Positions 58,403-60,870 of a stretch of 60,870 nt of DNA are shown one piece after another; within the stretch, counting starts at the first letter, position 1, and every line of letters begins with the position of its first letter. The stretch covers positions 3,587 through 64,456 of the forward strand of contig JAGDXO010000020.1 of NCBI GenBank assembly GCA_023256615.1, read 5' to 3'. This DNA is from Thermoplasmata archaeon (GTDB lineage Archaea; Thermoplasmatota; Thermoplasmata; Thermoplasmatales; GCA-001856825). Position numbers and translations under genes: made by a program. The notes below the pieces were generated by a model. That model did no database searches and was not told the DNA's origin. It was given only the letters and a program-made list of their open reading frames with translations.

Positions 58403-59343
58403 ATGATTCTTCTCTCCCTTATAACTTCCTTCATTTCCTCTTTATCCTGGAATTCTTCTAGCTCTGAATAATAAATTATTGGTATATCTCTCTGAACTAT
58501 TTTATTCTTTGAACTTTTAACAATGATAAAACTTTCCCTCTCCATCATCTCTGATAGTTTTCTCATATATTCCATCCTTCTATTGATCCGCATTGTTTCT
58601 TCCTCAATACCTCCAAGGAATACGGACTCACTATCTTCCATCAGGAAATTCATTATTGATTTTTTGAATGGATATATGGAGAAACCTTTCCTCTGTATCT
58701 CGAAATTAACCAGTCTCTCAAATTCCCTCATTTTCTTATATGCTGGTGCTATATTTTCTTCCTCCAGTTTCCACAAAAATGATACTCTGCTCATTATTTC
58801 TTCGTCAAGAAATTCCTCCATTTTCAAGGCTGTATCAACAGATGCCGACATACCGGCTTCATACATCAAAATGGCCCGTCTGGATGTCCCAACGGCATTG
58901 GCTATATCCCCAAGTGACAACATTTTCTCTTCCCTGATTTTCCTAAGTTTTTCAGAGTCAAGATTTACATAGAAACCTCCTGGTCCCGCTTTAACTAAAG
59001 GTTCCTCTTCGTTCTCTATATATGAAATGAATGTGCTAGGTGATACAACAGGCAATGCGTGCCTTGTATATACTACGCCATCTTCTATCTTCTCGTTCCT
59101 GTTGTATAGGCTTATAACCAGTGGATAGGCGTTGGTATATTTTGCTAGCGCAGTTAAGGCATTGGAAACCTCTTCAGTGAGAAGCCCTACATTTGGTATT
59201 ATTTTAATTAAAAGTATCTTTTCTTTCATTCTCAAAACCAAATCAAATGAGTAAGAAAGTTCTGGATCTGTACATAGTAATCTGTATCCCTGTCTATCTA
59301 CAGATTTCTTTATAGAATTAAGAATTAAGATCCTCTGATCCAC
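58399..59343 (-). CDS. Archaeal Cro/C1-type HTH transcriptional regulator (COG1395-like)
   Basis: SFDL, DGVVYTRH, GPGGFYV, LSLGDIA..VGTSRRAI.MYE.G. Confidence 0.85.
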   Translation of the reverse strand: MDQRILILNSIKKSVDRQGYRLLCTDPELSYSFDLVLRMKEKILLIKIIPNVGLLTEEVSNALTALAKYTNAYPLVISLYNRNEKIEDGVVYTRHALPVVSPSTFISYIENEEEPLVKAGPGGFYVNLDSEKLRKIREEKMLSLGDIANAVGTSRRAILMYEAGMSASVDTALKMEEFLDEEIMSRVSFLWKLEEENIAPAYKKMREFERLVNFEIQRKGFSIYPFKKSIMNFLMEDSESVFLGGIEEETMRINRRMEYMRKLSEMMERESFIIVKSSKNKIVQRDIPIIYYSELEEFQDKEEMKEVIRERRII

Positions 59344-59366
59344 ACGGTATAAGGAAAAATAAATAT

Positions 59367-59885
59367 TTAAATACTACCCTTTTTAACATCTTTTATATTG
59401 ACAAGACTAAATAATTCTATACCTTCCTGTTCAAGATTCTCTCTGGCACCTTCCTGTCTATCTACGACCACAACAACTCTATCAGTTCTGACACCCTTTT
59501 CTTTAAGCCTTGTAACTGCTTTTAAAATGGTTGAGCCCGTGGTTGTCACGTCTTCAACAAATGTTATTATCTCACCATAAACTAATTCTCCTTCTACCAT
59601 TTTTTCAAGTCCATATTCCTTCTTTTCCTTTCTTACAATTATTAGATTTTTGCCAGTTTCCATTGAAACTGCAACTCCAAAAGGAACAGCCCCAAGTTCG
59701 ACAGCCGCCACTTTGTCCCCTGTAATTAACTGTGCAGCTTTCCTTGACACAATTTTCAAGAAATAGGGATTTAGTAAGGCAGACTTTACATCTACATAGA
59801 AATCAGAAGTGGCACCTGACGAAAGTGTGAATTTACCGAACTTTATGTTTCCATTCTTTACCAAAAAATCAGCTATTTCATCCAT
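59367..59885 (-). CDS. pyrE: Orotate phosphoribosyltransferase
   Basis: FTLSSG..S.FYVD, RKEKK.YG, VEDVTTTGS, VDRQEG. Confidence 0.95.
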   Translation of the reverse strand: MDEIADFLVKNGNIKFGKFTLSSGATSDFYVDVKSALLNPYFLKIVSRKAAQLITGDKVAAVELGAVPFGVAVSMETGKNLIIVRKEKKEYGLEKMVEGELVYGEIITFVEDVTTTGSTILKAVTRLKEKGVRTDRVVVVVDRQEGARENLEQEGIELFSLVNIKDVKKGSI

Positions 59886-59967
59886 ATCGGTATATTGATT
59901 ATCCCTATTTTTTTCTTGTCATCACTTAATAGCAAATATTTTTAATGATGTATCATTTTCCCTATTA

Positions 59968-60040
59968 GCCGCCGTAGCTTAGTCGGTAGAGCACCCGGCT
60001 GTTAACCGGGAGGTCACCGGTTCGAGCCCGGTCGGCGGCG
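59968..60040 (+). tRNA. tRNA-Asn (anticodon GTT)
   Basis: Acceptor GCCGCCG/CGGCGGC, anticodon arm CCCGG-CTGTTAA-CCGGG, T arm ACCGG-TTCGAGC-CCGGT; no intron, CCA not encoded. Confidence 0.96.
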
Positions 60041-60046
60041 TATGGT

Positions 60047-60523
60047 TCATAGCAGTTTCACCTCCGCTAGAAAAAAGTCCGGCTGCTTCTTCCGGAACAC
60101 CTCCAGAGCGTCTTTCTGATCAACCTGCATATATCTCTTGGTTGTGTCCAGTTTCTCATGTCCCAGGATCAGGCGGATGACCTCCAGATCATATCCCTGC
60201 TGATACAGAAAGCGGGCATAGAACCTCCTTGCCATGTGCGGTGAGAAGTGTACCCCTGCCCTCTTTGACAGCTGATAGACATCGACCCTCAAGCCATCGT
60301 ATGTGAGCGGTTCTCCGTACATATTGGTGAACAGGGCATTCACTCCCGGTTTTGTTCTGCGAACCCTGAGGTACTCGGGAAGCGTACCCCTCCTTATGCT
60401 CTCCGGGAGATAGACATCCCTGGTCTTCTGGCCCTTTCCTGTGACCCTGAGGACGTCGTCATGGATATCATCCAGTGTTATCTTCCTCAGTTCATTTATC
60501 CTTATGCTTCCCCAGTATCCCCA
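60047..60523 (-). pseudogene. Tyrosine recombinase/integrase catalytic domain, N-terminally truncated
   Basis: Frame extends upstream of the ORF-track call: GSIRINEL (R), VTGKGQKTR (K), HMARR, LGHE, TTKRY; closed upstream by TAA with no canonical start codon before the R motif. Confidence 0.85.
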
Positions 60524-60599
60524 TTATCTCCTTTAGCTGGTAGAATCGTCCGCCGTAGTAGGGGAAAGTTGATAGCATTATTGTCGAAATGACAATCAT
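60492..60599 (-). pseudogene. N-terminal remnant of a Dam-like (D12-class) DNA adenine methyltransferase
   Basis: MIVISTIMLSTFPYYGGRFYQLKEIMGILGKHKDK*; FPYYGG(K/R) resembles the D12 N-terminal motif; ends inside integrase sequence. Confidence 0.55.
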
Positions 60600-60669
60600 T
60601 TCCTCGCATATAACTATTTTTGATTGCCGAATCAGAAATCATTATGCACCTCAGTTGCATATATATACG

Positions 60670-60870
60670 ATGGATCCCTTGAAGGTCCTGGAGAAGCAGT
60701 CCGGATTCCTGAGATTACTGGTCTATCTCTCTGACAAGAAGGAGAAGGTCCTGACGGAGATCCTGGACGAGACGGATATACCGGTGCACCAGCTCTACTC
60801 AAGCATTGAGAAGGCGAAGGAGCTGGGATTGGTGAAGACCAGGATGGACAGCAGGAAGTATCCTCCGAGG
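60670..60870 (+). CDS. Winged-helix regulator (HxlR/MarR-like), truncated by window end
   Basis: MDPLKVLEKQSGFLRLLVYL...TEILDETDIPVHQLYSSIEKAKELGLVK...KYPPR. Confidence 0.7.
   Translation, partial: MDPLKVLEKQSGFLRLLVYLSDKKEKVLTEILDETDIPVHQLYSSIEKAKELGLVKTRMDSRKYPPR

Larger units (their letters stand above)
60041..60870. mobile_element. Left end of a decayed integrative element at tRNA-Asn
   Basis: Abrupt GC rise (50-58% in three hand-counted 60-nt lines) right after the tRNA 3' end; integrase stop codon 6 nt from the tRNA. Confidence 0.8.

Noticed and set aside
2646-59725. Numerous 60-150 aa ORF-track entries antisense or out of frame within real genes (e.g. 5406-5705, 5431-5700, 6102-6473, 8763-9149, 31390-31836, 47127-47534, 53713-54117, 58523-58972)
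   Set aside because: They lie within or largely overlap well-supported conserved genes, have the Ser/Ile/Phe/Pro-rich composition of shadow frames and show no motifs
59944-59957. AATGAT-GT-ATCATT palindrome upstream of tRNA-Asn
   Set aside because: Short, AT-rich and single copy; plausible by chance with no linked regulator
60047-60343. 98-aa ORF as a complete integrase
   Set aside because: The GTG start lies downstream of the catalytic Arg and Lys motifs, which are in frame upstream; treated as part of a truncated gene
60550-60558. CCGCCGTAG match to the tRNA-Asn 5' end as a possible att site
   Set aside because: Only 9 nt, matches the 5' rather than the 3' half, and is explained by the YYGG codons on the opposite strand

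Overview
Archaeal chromosomal segment of low GC, most consistent with a Thermoplasmata-type organism. This placement is inferred from the single-OB SSB, class II HMG-CoA reductase, helicase-only Hef and overall gene content. The window is densely coding and mostly housekeeping: replication/repair (SSB, Hjc, RFC-S, Hef, UDG5), the proteasome/exosome superoperon (psmA-SBDS-rrp4-rrp41-rrp42-rpl37ae-rpoP-pus10-rpl21e-rpoF-DUF655-ksgA), translation (uL16, aIF5A, Dph5, ValRS, Tsr3, RlmE), riboflavin, polyamine and lipid genes, and two tRNAs (Ser-GCT, Asn-GTT). Six features deserve a second look. (1) A coupled operon of a PLP fold-II enzyme, DUF1611/DgcN and a MurL/QueC-like PP-loop Zn protein, with an SD-sequestering leader hairpin. 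(2) A secreted glycoprotein with three NTF2-like repeats at an exact 144-aa period, next to an ArsR-type regulator and a small membrane protein. (3) An SPFH/multi-zinc-ribbon operon resembling ydjGI. (4) An unannotated 53-aa ORF whose stop codon abuts nucleotide 1 of tRNA-Ser. (5) A DtxR-Nramp-like operon with a perfect operator. (6) The edge of a GC-rich element at tRNA-Asn, where an apparent deletion joined a Dam-like methylase N-terminus out of frame to a tyrosine-integrase catalytic domain. No CRISPR array or rRNA was seen. All functional calls come from motif recognition by eye, not database searches.
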